From the NCBI GenBank assembly GCA_016618085.1, contig JABLTG010000142.1, positions 1-52,568 of the forward strand: 52,568 bases of DNA, read 5' to 3'. Under the pieces are notes generated by a model, which was given only the letters and a program-made list of their open reading frames with translations, searched no databases and had not been told where the DNA came from. The DNA comes from Neovahlkampfia damariscottae. Taxonomy: Eukaryota. The position numbers and the translations under genes are program-made. Below, piece after piece: positions 14,101 to 24,212 of this stretch. Positions within the stretch are counted from its first letter, which is position 1, and each line of letters starts with the position of its first letter.

Positions 14101-15081
14101 TTATTCCACATTGATTATTATATCATTGAATTTTTGTAAAGATTTTATGATAGATCTTTGAAATTTTGATGGAAATGAAAACATCCACATGCAATTGAAT
14201 TTTGATGAGCCATCAGTTCCACCAAAAAGAAAAACATCATCTCCTTGGATTGATAAACTATTAAATTTTCTTTCAGATGGTTTATTTTTCGTTGATAAAA
14301 TTTCTTTGAAGCGATACGTTTCCAAATCAAATTCATACAATTCATTTGATACTTGATTATCATCACCACCACCAAAACAAATCATTTTTTTATCATAATA
14401 CACTGAAGATATTCCAGATTTAGGAATTGGGATATACCCAGTTGCCTCAATTTTTTTCCAACTGAAATTTTTCAAATCAAACTTGTGTACACTGTTGTAT
14501 CTGACTCCATGAATTCCATATCCTCCATGAATAAATAATTGATCTTTATATATAACAGAACCGACTCCAGATGTTTCTTTTGGTATTTCTCCTTTAGTTG
14601 GAATTTTTTTTAATGTTGAATTATCGAATGAAAATTCCAACAATTCATTTGATCTTGTGAACCCATAATTCTGTTTTGAACATCCTCCAAAGACTATCAT
14701 ACAATCACCGTAAATATTTGAAGAATGATAACAAAGTTTAGATTCCACACCCATTTCCTTAACATAAGAAACTTGAGATAACTTTTTTGTCGATAAATCA
14801 AAGCAGCAAATATCATCATACATTCTTGGTTGTAACCAACCTCCATAAAAATAAAGTTTTTTTTTATAAAGCACACAACTATGTCCTATCATGGATGACA
14901 AAGGTATTTCAAAGAGGTTCCAATTTTTTGTTTTTAAATTGAAAATGTACAACGTGTTGTCTGGTTGAAAATCATTAGTTTCACCACCAAAAATAAATAT
15001 CTGGTCTTCATAGATGACACTACTGTGAAGACTTTTTGCATCTATTCCATTTTTTTGTTCTATTTTCTTCCAAGTGATCAT
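14101..15081 (-). CDS. Kelch-repeat beta-propeller protein
   Basis: Six H-S...I/F-F/Y-GG...YxFD...W repeats; ATG at 15081 follows an ATTGG box. Confidence 0.9.
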   Translation of the reverse strand: MITWKKIEQKNGIDAKSLHSSVIYEDQIFIFGGETNDFQPDNTLYIFNLKTKNWNLFEIPLSSMIGHSCVLYKKKLYFYGGWLQPRMYDDICCFDLSTKKLSQVSYVKEMGVESKLCYHSSNIYGDCMIVFGGCSKQNYGFTRSNELLEFSFDNSTLKKIPTKGEIPKETSGVGSVIYKDQLFIHGGYGIHGVRYNSVHKFDLKNFSWKKIEATGYIPIPKSGISSVYYDKKMICFGGGDDNQVSNELYEFDLETYRFKEILSTKNKPSERKFNSLSIQGDDVFLFGGTDGSSKFNCMWMFSFPSKFQRSIIKSLQKFNDIIINVE

Positions 15082-15200
15082 TGTCCAATAACATACTTCA
15101 TCCTTGTGAAAACAATTTAAAGTTATAGATAGTGTGAAAGTTTTCCAAGAAATCAAAATTTATTAGTTTCCTCCTATTCTTGATTTTTTGTTTCACTGAA

Positions 15201-15428
15201 TCAATTGAGTCTCAGAACTAAATGAAGTGTTGATTCTTTTTGGATATTGTAGTCAGCAATAGCTTTGCCATCTTCTAATTGTATTCCAGCGAAACTAAGT
15301 CTTTGTTGATAAGGTGGAATACCTTCTTTTTCTTGAATTTTTTGTTTTACAGAGTGAATTGAGTCAGAGAAATCAACTTCTACAGAGATTGTTTTTCCAG
15401 TGAGCGTTTTGATGAGCAAGGTTTGCAT
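15201..15428 (-). CDS. Ubiquitin-like protein lacking the C-terminal Gly-Gly
   Basis: [39 protein letters not shown]...[17 protein letters not shown]. Confidence 0.9.
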   Translation of the reverse strand: MQTLLIKTLTGKTISVEVDFSDSIHSVKQKIQEKEGIPPYQQRLSFAGIQLEDGKAIADYNIQKESTLHLVLRLN

Positions 15429-15563
15429 TGACAGGAATGAAAAGGAACGTCTATTTATAGATTTTCGGAAAATAAAAGATTGTTGTGACCAATGGGTGAT
15501 CACTTGAATGTTTCAAATGTGCAATTTGTTTTAGGAATTTGGAACATGAAATTATTTTTATCA

Positions 15564-15569
15564 TGGACG
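15564..15569 (+). repeat. 6-bp target-site duplication TGGACG (left copy; right copy at 28908-28913)
   Basis: The identical hexamer directly abuts both TIR ends. Confidence 0.95.
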
Positions 15570-15863
15570 AGTAGTAGAGTGGAAAGGTCCGGCTGGGAAT
15601 TTAACTTTTTTTAATTTTCATCCCCCAAGGAAGTAAAAAAAGGCCATTTTCGCGGATTTTTTGTTTTTTTTGACCAAATCCCCCGAGACACCCAGAGCCA
15701 TTTTCATGTCCTCTCACGCCTCAACTCGGCGGTTTTTTGTCATTTGAAAATTTTAGTTACCTTCTTACTTTTTTTTACCCATAATTTTATTGCTTGATTG
15801 TCCTCTTTTATTGGTCCATTATTGAGATTTGGTTGGTTTAAAATTATGGGTAATAAAAACTAC
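15570..15863 (+). repeat. Left terminal inverted repeat
   Basis: Reverse complement of 28612-28907; outer ~115 bp identical. Confidence 0.95.
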
Positions 15864-16008
15864 GAGTTGACTATTGATAGAGGATGTAATTAGGGAAGTC
15901 TAAACCAATACAAGATTATATGAATTATTTGAAGACCGTTAATGTCACTTTTTGAGTTCTGAAATATTATTGTCAAAGCTTTTTTGGAACTTAAATTTAT
16001 TCAGATGA

Positions 16009-16785
16009 TTATTGTAATTTTTTATATTTTGTCAATATACCATCACATTTTTCTTTAATTTTGCGAAGATTTGCTATCTCTTTTTTTTTCTTATTAAATG
16101 TCTCCTTGAGCTCTTTTTCTGAAATAACAGATTTTTCTTCTTCATTTAAATCTTTTGTAATTTTGGAAAAAAAAGTTTCAAAATCTCCAAGACTCGGCGG
16201 TACATTTGTTTCTGCATATGTATTTTCGACCACTTTTAATCCGTTTCGGAGTATTTCTAGTATTTCCTTTGGTTCTTTTTCTAATTTGTAACATCCTTCA
16301 TAAGATCCATCTCTGTTCATTTGAAAAATCTTTCCATCAACATAATTTAGTTGGCATATAAATTTTGACTCTTTATCTTTGATAGAAACTGGGGTGTTTT
16401 CCCAAAGAAAAATTGGTTTTGTAATTTTTCTTGATTTATCAATTAAAATTATTCCAGAGTCAAGAGTACAAACAATGAAAGAATGAATCCTTGTATCATT
16501 TTTTGTTTTGTAAAAATTTCCAATTGCAAAAAGAAATGGTATCGTTTTTTCTTTTAACTTGGATGCAACGTAACAAGAACAAGTAATACAATCGCCTTTT
16601 CCTTGTAATTTCGAAACAGCATCAAACATTTTTTCGTCAGATTCAAAGTCTTTTTTGGAAAGAACAATTTCAAGTATTTTATGCCAAACATCAACTTCAG
16701 TTAAATCTTGGTACTCAAAACTATCAAAAATTTGGAGACAAGTATCAAAAATTTTTTGTTCATCGACAACAAATTCGTCAGACAT
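16009..16785 (-). CDS. Cargo protein with a transglutaminase-like Cys-His-Asp core
   Basis: GKGDC...IHSFIVCTLDSGIILIDKS spacing fits the transglutaminase/NAT-like triad. ATG (MSDEF) sits next to a CCAAT box. Confidence 0.5.
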   Translation of the reverse strand: MSDEFVVDEQKIFDTCLQIFDSFEYQDLTEVDVWHKILEIVLSKKDFESDEKMFDAVSKLQGKGDCITCSCYVASKLKEKTIPFLFAIGNFYKTKNDTRIHSFIVCTLDSGIILIDKSRKITKPIFLWENTPVSIKDKESKFICQLNYVDGKIFQMNRDGSYEGCYKLEKEPKEILEILRNGLKVVENTYAETNVPPSLGDFETFFSKITKDLNEEEKSVISEKELKETFNKKKKEIANLRKIKEKCDGILTKYKKLQ

Positions 16786-16834
16786 TTGGACCAATAAGAG
16801 ATCATAAAAGTATCCAATCAAATTCAATTACTTC

Positions 16835-17467
16835 ATGTTTGCACAAGTGCAGGAAATTCAATTTAAGTTGAGCGTTTTCAAAAAAGATGGCTTGACCGAG
16901 CAAAGAAACCCAATTGAAACAATGAACTTTGGAAAAAAGTGCATCACCTTTTTGGGTATGGAATGGAGAGGAAAATTAAAGGAAAAAAATGAACTATTCA
17001 TCTATGCAAACAATGAAAATAATTTTTATAGAATTAGATTATGGTGTAATGAAGAACTAGGCAATAATGTATTTGTTACTGGTGAGATAAGAAAGAAAGT
17101 ACAACAAGAAAATTTTTTTGAACTTATCGCAACTTTAAAACTTGTTTCTCATCGAGAAAGAAAAAATTCTTATCAAATTCCTGAAAGTAATGATAAATGG
17201 GTAATGGAAAATCTTAATGACATCAACATTATTGACGATAAAGACGAAACTCAAAAAAGTTGCGATTTTTCTTTATGGACAGTTGATGATGTGAATAATT
17301 GGGTAGTGAATACATTAAAAATTGACGAAAAGGAAGCACAAATCCTAAAAGATGAACTTTTTGACGGGCCTGCTTTACTTCTTCTAGATAAAGACATTTT
17401 AAAGGATATGAAATTAAAAATGGGAACTGTAACAAAATTATTGAAAGGAATAGAAAAATTAAATTAA
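16835..17467 (+). CDS. Cargo protein with a C-terminal SAM domain
   Basis: WTVDDVNNWV..L...EAQILKDELFDGPALLLLDKDILKDMKLKMG...KLLKGIEKL. Confidence 0.85.
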   Translation: MFAQVQEIQFKLSVFKKDGLTEQRNPIETMNFGKKCITFLGMEWRGKLKEKNELFIYANNENNFYRIRLWCNEELGNNVFVTGEIRKKVQQENFFELIATLKLVSHRERKNSYQIPESNDKWVMENLNDINIIDDKDETQKSCDFSLWTVDDVNNWVVNTLKIDEKEAQILKDELFDGPALLLLDKDILKDMKLKMGTVTKLLKGIEKLN

Positions 17468-17584
17468 TAAAATTCATTGATTTTAAAAAATATATTCATA
17501 TCTTCAAAACCAATTTATAAAATTTATTTTGCCTTTTGGGTTTAAAGTAATAATAATTATATCTAATAATAATATAATTTTTCA

Positions 17585-17809
17585 ATGCCAAAAAAATATA
17601 ATTTTAAAACAGAATTTGAAAGAGAACAACATTACAAGGATTATTTTAAGAATTACTATGAAGAAAACAAAGAAGAAATAAAAAAAAAATTATATGAAAC
17701 AAAAAGATGTGAATGTTGTAATATGGATGTGAGAAAATATAAATTTCAAAGACATTGCACTTCAAAAAAGCACAAAAAAAATGCTGAACCTTTAATAGAA
17801 GAATTATAA
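17585..17809 (+). CDS. Small basic protein with a C2H2 zinc finger
   Basis: YYEENKEEIK followed by CECC...RHCTSKKH. Confidence 0.75.
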   Translation: MPKKYNFKTEFEREQHYKDYFKNYYEENKEEIKKKLYETKRCECCNMDVRKYKFQRHCTSKKHKKNAEPLIEEL

Positions 17810-17819
17810 ATTTTTTGAC

Positions 17820-17924
17820 TCGTAGTTTTTGTTAGCCATAATTTTATGGTCATTTATTTCTACATAATCTGATTTGTTTATGTAGAATCTATCAACCAAT
17901 TTTTATGGCTAACAAAAACTACGA
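17820..17924 (-). repeat. ~105-bp hairpin unit with perfect 22-bp arms
   Basis: TCGTAGTTTTTGTTAGCCATAA / TTATGGCTAACAAAAACTACGA; lies 2 nt past the helicase stop codon, between convergent genes. Confidence 0.95.
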
Positions 17925-17926
17925 AT

Positions 17927-20471
17927 TTATTTTTTGCTTACATTACAATGAATACAACTCAATTGACAATTTGATTTTAAATGGCTAATGGAGTTTTCTA
18001 ACCTGTCCACTGAAAGATTTTTTCCGTCTCCTTCAATTGGTGATAAATTTAATTGTTCTTTACAAATAATACATTTACCCTTTTGTTTTTTATGCATTTC
18101 CATAATATCATCTTTTGTAATAAATTTATTTGTAATACTTCTTTTTGCTTTAATATCTTGAGATTTATAATTATTTATCATCCTTTCAAAATCGTAATCC
18201 AATTTTACACTTATATTTTCAACAACTAAATTTAAATTATCAATTGAAGTTACTCTCGTTAATGCTGTCCAAACCCACCTGTCATCAACAAGATCATTTT
18301 CAATATCAAAAATATTAATCTTTTTATCAGTGGTCACTCCCTGCACCGAGTGTCCAGTATGAGCAAAATAAGGACGAAAACAACTATCTAATCGTTGAAT
18401 TGAAATGATATATTTTTCTTTGGTTAAAATATCTTGTAATGTTGCTGTTTCTTTATTTAATTCCACAATATTATAAACATAATTGTTGTGAAATAAATTA
18501 TCTTTAGTTCTAAATCTTTGTTTTACAAAACATTTGATATCTTTGCACCAGTTAAAGATTTTACATTGAACCTTTTTATATTTTAATTTATTTAGCACTC
18601 CTTGGCATATTTTTATTGCTGTTGAATTGAAATAAGTAATATTCATATCTGTTCTGTTATTTTTTTCTCCATTTATTTTAATTCCAAATTGTTTATAAAG
18701 TGTATTAATGAATTCTTCACGTGAAATATTATTGAAATTATCAAAAATGTATTTTTTTAGCTTTCTTAATGTTTCTTCTTGTTTCTCATCTTTAATTCTT
18801 CTACTTCTATGTAATTGTAAATGATTAAAAAACATATTCTCAATAATTTTGTTGTAAATAGTTTCATCATTAATAAAGTTTTCAATTGGACTATTTTGTA
18901 AATTATCCCCAGTTGCAATAAATATTTTATCTTCATTTGATTCCATAATATTTTTCAAGTCCCATAAATTGCTTGTAGTCAAATTATAAATTTCATCAAT
19001 AAGAATGACATCAAAATCTGTTAAATCAAATGATGTAACCTTTTTATCTTCTCCCACAATAATACCGGCTAATTTACAAAATGTAATCGCTTCTACTTTT
19101 TTGAATTTATTTTTAATATCCAATGCTAAAACATTTGTAGGACAAACAACTAATATTTTCTTGTTAATGGATTGATAATATTTAATAATATTTGTTGTTT
19201 TTCCCGCACCTGCGAGGTCAGCTCTTACAATAGTTCTATCAATTGCTTTACTAAATTCTGTATTATCAAATTCATTTTCCAATTCAATTTTATTAATTGT
19301 TGGTGGTTTGAAGATTTTTGATTTAATTTGTTCCACATTTAAATTCTCGCATTTTCTCATACAAGTATCACAGCAATCTTTAGTGTATTTATGCATTGTT
19401 AAAAATGTTGAACCTTTAAAATATTCTTTTTGAACTGGTTTTATTTCCCCATTTATTGCCAGTTCTAAATGATAATTTTGAAGTGTCAGGTTTTTTATCT
19501 GTATAAATACAATCAGTTTTTACTGATACAACATCAATACTTTGTTCTCTTAATTCCTTATGCATTAAAAATAATTTTGTTCTCATTGTATCATAAATCA
19601 ATGCTTGAATTAAATAAAGACCATTTTTTAATTGTTTTCTTTCTCCTTTATGTTCAATATACCATAATTCTGTATCTCTTACATGTTTTGGAAAATGTGG
19701 ATTATTTCTTTTTAAATATGAATTTGCTTCTTTTTCTGAATCATATAATCCGCTTTGACTTCCTTGTGAATATCTTTTTCCAGTTAATCCGATACCTTTA
19801 TTCAAAATGAATTTCCAATCATCAACTTTTAAACTACTATCTTTTATTTTGTCCATAATTGAAGGTAAAATATCATTGTCTTGAACTTTATTTAACTTAC
19901 AAACAGATAAAATTTTAACTTTTTGATATTTTTTGATTAATAATAAATTAACACCATAAATTAATCTTGTTTCTGTATCCGATAATAATTTATTTTCAGG
20001 TGAAGATTCTAATTTAATCATATATAAATTTGATGGCAAAATATCTTCTTCATTGTATTTTTCAAATTCATCAAATGGTGTTGCAACTGGAATAAATTTA
20101 CTTTCATATAAGATTGAAGAATAAGCCTTTGTAAAATCAATTGCATACTGTTCTTTTGGAATATTACATTTTAAATTACCAACAGCACATGAAATTGGAA
20201 AATTAAATAAATTATGTTGTAATGAATCCGAGTAAGTTGATAAATAGTTTTTAGATAACAAACCATTCATAAATTCATTGTCGTGTTTTTTATACAATTT
20301 CATGTAATCTGTTGTTACTTTTTCATCTTTACATCTAATTTCTGTTTCATCTTCATTAAATGTAATATCATGATTTGTTAAATTCACAATGGTATCATTT
20401 ATTTTTAATAAAATATTGGTTAATGATTTTGAATATCTGATTTGTGGGTGATATTTTAAAGTATATTTCAA
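17927..20471 (-). pseudogene. Divergent family-B DNA polymerase fused to an SF1 helicase and an HNH-like C-terminus; 5' truncated, one frameshift at ~19447-19450
   Basis: PolB-like motifs A DFTKAYSS, B KFILNKGIG.TGKR and C VKTDCIY. Helicase motifs AGAGKT, ILIDE, GDNLQN, TGHSVQG and TALTR. C-terminal CIIC...SVDR...H.KSNCQLSCIHCN. Confidence 0.8.
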
Positions 20472-20830
20472 CCAAATTAATATTAAGTCAAGTAAAAAAT
20501 AATGTTCAAAATAGAAATATGGAAAATAATGTTAAAAATTTAATTAAATTTCTACCTGTGGCAATTGAAAAATCGGGTGAATATATAGGTTTGCAATTAG
20601 AAGGATATTCTGGTTTGGTTAATAATCAAGAAGATTATTATTACACTTGCCAAGAAATATTAATTGAAAATAATTTTTATGATAAATTAAATGTTTCACC
20701 ATCACAAAGATTATTATACATATTAGGTTCAACTGCTTTATTAGTTCATACAACAAATAGTCAAATTAATGAAAAAATAAATGAAAATATGAACAAAAAT
20801 ATAAATCCTGACAATTTTAATGATTTGTAA
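20444..20830 (+). pseudogene. 5'-truncated viral conserved protein (resembles the giant-virus DUF5767 family)
   Basis: LQLEGYS...DYYYTCQEILIE...SPSQRLLYILGSTALLVHTTN recalls DUF5767 (LDGWS..DYD.VFEEL..KY...PE.KL...LGGSA.M.H.TN), recalled from memory. Overlaps the broken PolB 5' end. Confidence 0.45.
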
Positions 20831-20861
20831 AATTTTTATCTTTTAACTATAATATAACAAG

Positions 20862-21416
20862 ATGTATAAAATTCTGTCAAACTCAAGTGAAGCGTTTTAC
20901 AGTTCAGTATTTTCAGTTTTAGGGTCAAAAATGTTCTTTCCAACTCGTTATATATTTTTTGGTGATATGCCTGTATTATCATTTTTCAACGGTTGGGATT
21001 CTATGTGGTTGTATGGTGGTGTAGTTGGATTATCATCTTTAGGATTATCATTTACAAGTGATTTTGTTGGTATGTTCTTAAAAGATAAATCATTTTATCC
21101 AAAAGTTGCTAAATTAACAAGACCAGTAAGTGCTGGTATTTTGGCGTCTGCGATTGCTTATGGTATATCTGGATTTGATATGTCATTAATGGGACTTGGA
21201 CAAATGTTCTTATTAGGTGCAATGTCAAATGTATTGGGGCAATATTTATCTAATATTGTTTTCCCTTATCAATCACAATTAATGGATCAATTGAATTCAA
21301 TTTCAATACCACAACCAGATATTCCTGAACCAATGCCAATTATAAGTGAAAAACCAAATTTTAATGATATTTTACCATTTAAACAAGTAGATTTCGGAGG
21401 ATTTGGAATTTATTAA
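20862..21416 (+). CDS. Multi-pass membrane protein (viral hypothetical)
   Basis: Three to four Gly-rich hydrophobic segments; intact ATG-to-stop ORF. Confidence 0.65.
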   Translation: MYKILSNSSEAFYSSVFSVLGSKMFFPTRYIFFGDMPVLSFFNGWDSMWLYGGVVGLSSLGLSFTSDFVGMFLKDKSFYPKVAKLTRPVSAGILASAIAYGISGFDMSLMGLGQMFLLGAMSNVLGQYLSNIVFPYQSQLMDQLNSISIPQPDIPEPMPIISEKPNFNDILPFKQVDFGGFGIY

Positions 21417-21449
21417 TTTAATTTATTTAAAATATATTGATTAATTATA

Positions 21450-21587
21450 ATGACCAATATATATGAAATATTAATTTATTCTTCAACAATTCCAACAATA
21501 TATTTAATTTATTATTTATTCAATTTATGTAGGAAATATAATTCAATTGTGAATGATGAAATTGTTGAAAAATATAAAGATATATAA
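21450..21587 (+). CDS. 45-aa single-TM micro-protein (not in the ORF track)
   Basis: TATAATG start; MTNIYEILIYSSTIPTIYLIYYLFNLCRK...; the stop codon abuts a hairpin unit. Confidence 0.5.
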   Translation: MTNIYEILIYSSTIPTIYLIYYLFNLCRKYNSIVNDEIVEKYKDI

Positions 21588-21696
21588 ATTCGTAGTTTTT
21601 GTTATCCATAATTATTTGGCTGGTAGATTGTATATATGACCAATTATAAATATAGAGATATTCAATTAAAATTATGGATAACAAAAACTACGAATT
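21587..21696 (+). repeat. Hairpin unit with perfect 27-bp arms
   Basis: AATTCGTAGTTTTTGTTATCCATAATT / AATTATGGATAACAAAAACTACGAATT. Confidence 0.95.
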
Positions 21697-21756
21697 ATTT
21701 AAATTCAATTAAATTAATATATTTTATTAAATTATAATTAAATTTATTAAATAATA

Positions 21757-21978
21757 ATGTCAAAACAATTAAAAACTAGTATTAAAATAGATTTCAAACC
21801 AATAAATAATATATTTTCAAATATTGATTTAGAATTATTTGAACTTAAAAAAGAAAATCCATATTACAGTGTAGAAGATGAATTTGATGAAGATGATGGA
21901 ACATTTGATAAAATATTAGAAGAAGAATATGAAAAGAACAAAGATTTTTATGAAGAATTGAAAAAAAAATACTCGTAG
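21757..21978 (+). CDS. Small acidic viral protein
   Basis: Tail shared with 2308..2568; its TAG stop is supplied by the next hairpin arm. Confidence 0.7.
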   Translation: MSKQLKTSIKIDFKPINNIFSNIDLELFELKKENPYYSVEDEFDEDDGTFDKILEEEYEKNKDFYEELKKKYS

Positions 21979-22078
21979 TTTTTGTTATCCATAAAATATT
22001 GATTGACGGATTGCACATATAACCCAATCATAATATAGGAATATTCAAGAAAAATTATGGGTAACAAAAACTACGAGT
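21971..22078 (+). repeat. Hairpin unit with 24-bp arms and one T.G wobble
   Basis: ACTCGTAGTTTTTGTTATCCATAA / TTATGGGTAACAAAAACTACGAGT. Confidence 0.95.
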
Positions 22079-22118
22079 TAATTAAATTGAATAAATTAAT
22101 ATATTTTATTAAATTATA

Positions 22119-22412
22119 ATGAAAGTTCAAGAATTAATTGAAGAAAAATATAAAAATTTTATTAAATTTATTCAAAACAAATATCCAGAAAATAATGAAA
22201 TTGAAAAAATGAAAAATATAAATGTTAAATTGGTAATTGAATATTTAAAAAATTCAATTTATCCATATCGTCATGACCCTGAAATGTTAATGTTTAATAT
22301 TTCAGATGAATATAAAATTAATTTAAATGAATTTTCAAATGATGAAAAAACTAAATTGAAAAAATATTTGAACTTTTTTATTGAACAAATTGAAGAAATT
22401 TATTATAATTAA
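22119..22412 (+). CDS. Viral hypothetical protein
   Basis: Intact ORF with a TATAATG start; upstream leader duplicated from ~21700-21740. Confidence 0.65.
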   Translation: MKVQELIEEKYKNFIKFIQNKYPENNEIEKMKNINVKLVIEYLKNSIYPYRHDPEMLMFNISDEYKINLNEFSNDEKTKLKKYLNFFIEQIEEIYYN

Positions 22413-22449
22413 TTATTTTGAATTTATTTTATTTAAAATAATTATATCA

Positions 22450-22644
22450 ATGTTTAACGAATATTATTATTGTGAATGGTGTAAAAAAGAACATATAATT
22501 TATGTGAAAAAATGTTCTTTGTGTAATGAAACTCACAATACAGAATCACAACAATTAAAATGTTATCGTAAATATTTGCAATCATTACGCGATGAAATTA
22601 ATGACCTAAAAACAAAATTTATACCTAACAAAAATGAAAATTAA
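22450..22644 (+). CDS. Small Cys/His (zinc-binding) viral protein
   Basis: CEWC...H...CSLC...H...C; first ATG at 22450. Confidence 0.55.
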   Translation: MFNEYYYCEWCKKEHIIYVKKCSLCNETHNTESQQLKCYRKYLQSLRDEINDLKTKFIPNKNEN

Positions 22645-22958
22645 ACATATTTTAAAACTTTAAATGAAACATAACCAAGAATTAAAAGAGCAAGAATTGA
22701 ACCACCAGCAATTAGATAAAATGAGGGGGAATAAGTTAATGGGTCCAATAGATTTTTAAATCCTTGTCCTGTTCCTTTTGTAATGGTTTGAATATTGTTT
22801 GAAATTACATTTGGGATTAAACCACCAACTCTTTGAAAACCAAGTTGAAAATCATCAAAATTACCATCAAGAAAACCATGATTTTGTGGGTCAAATGCAT
22901 CATTTATTCTGTTTGAAATTACGCTACCGAATTGTGAAAGACTATCAAATATAGACAT
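22641..22958 (-). CDS. Viral membrane protein with a C-terminal TM helix
   Basis: FYLIAGGSILALLILGYVSF; TATATATG start. Confidence 0.65.
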   Translation of the reverse strand: MSIFDSLSQFGSVISNRINDAFDPQNHGFLDGNFDDFQLGFQRVGGLIPNVISNNIQTITKGTGQGFKNLLDPLTYSPSFYLIAGGSILALLILGYVSFKVLKYV

Positions 22959-23003
22959 ATATATTATACAATCACAAATTAATTTCGTATTGAATATTAT
23001 ATA

Positions 23004-24186
23004 ATGGTTAATAAATCAATAGGAAACATTAACAATTTACCAGATTTTAATTGTGAAAATGCAACTATAAACTCGGCAACTATAACTAATTTAACAACTA
23101 CAACATTTACACATCCAACAATGGTAACATCAACAAATACAATTACAGATAATACAATTGTAAGAGGTGATGGAGGAAGTAGAGGAGTTCAACAAAGTGG
23201 TGTGACAATAGATGACAGTAATAATATGACTGGTGTTAATTCAATAACAACAAGTGCAATCACATTAAATGGAAATATGAATATTCCACATGACGACCCA
23301 AATAATAGAGGTTATTTTATTGGAAGTCAGCCAATATTATCGTGATGGTTCAGCAACATCCTACAAAGTAGAAGTGCATGAAGGAACATTCAATACCAAT
23401 ATAAAAACAAACTCAATTACTTCCATTGGAGCTAACGATGACATTTCAATAGATGCAAATGGAACAGGTATAATGCGATTCAACACAATCCAAAACAACG
23501 GTTGTTTATTCGGAGGACAAAGTGGCATTATGAACTGGAATTGGTCTGTGAAAACTACCCATGATGGAGCCACAGCTACCTCTCCATGTTGCATTATGGG
23601 ACATACAACGGTAACATCTGGTGATAAGGTGTCAACAATAGGTTCCAACGATTTACAAGCGTCTGCATGGACGCCATTGTATGTTCAACCCGTTGATGTT
23701 TCTACTGCATATACAGTATTTGGTGATGTTGGGTTTAGCACAGCCTCATCTACTGGAGCTAAAATATATGTTAAAGGGAATATTTATTCAACTGGAAATG
23801 TTCGTCAAACTAATGCAATTATATCTAATACAACGAATCAATTAACACTGGGAACTACAAATACAGTTACCATTACAAGCCCAGCACCATCGGCAAGTAG
23901 AACATACACCATTCCAGATATTGGAGGAAATGGGACTTTTGTTTTAACTGCATCAACTGGAGTGACAACATTCGGTAATACTGTCAGTATAACCGGTAGT
24001 GGCGTCCTTGGAATTTCAGGTTTGCAGGTTGTTGGTGCAAGAAAAACAGGATATAGTTCTTGGACCGGAACAGCGAATAGAGCGACAAATTATAATACTG
24101 CAACAATTACATTAGAACAACTAGCCGAGCGATTAATGTCATTACAGTTTGATATGCAATCACATGGTTTAATTGATAGTTCTTAA
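23004..24186 (+). pseudogene. Fibre/spike-like virion protein with a frameshift at ~23340
   Basis: Thr/Gly/Ser-rich; TDNTIVRGDG...QQSGVTIDDSNN and TITSPAPSASRTYTIPD fibre-type motifs; lies directly upstream of the penton. Confidence 0.7.
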
Positions 24187-24212
24187 ATATAATTTCTATT
24201 GACATACTATAA

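Noticed and set aside
17820..22078. Hairpin units as a CRISPR array
   Set aside because: They are dispersed inverted repeats with mutually homologous loops, not direct repeats with unique spacers; no cas genes; eukaryotic context.
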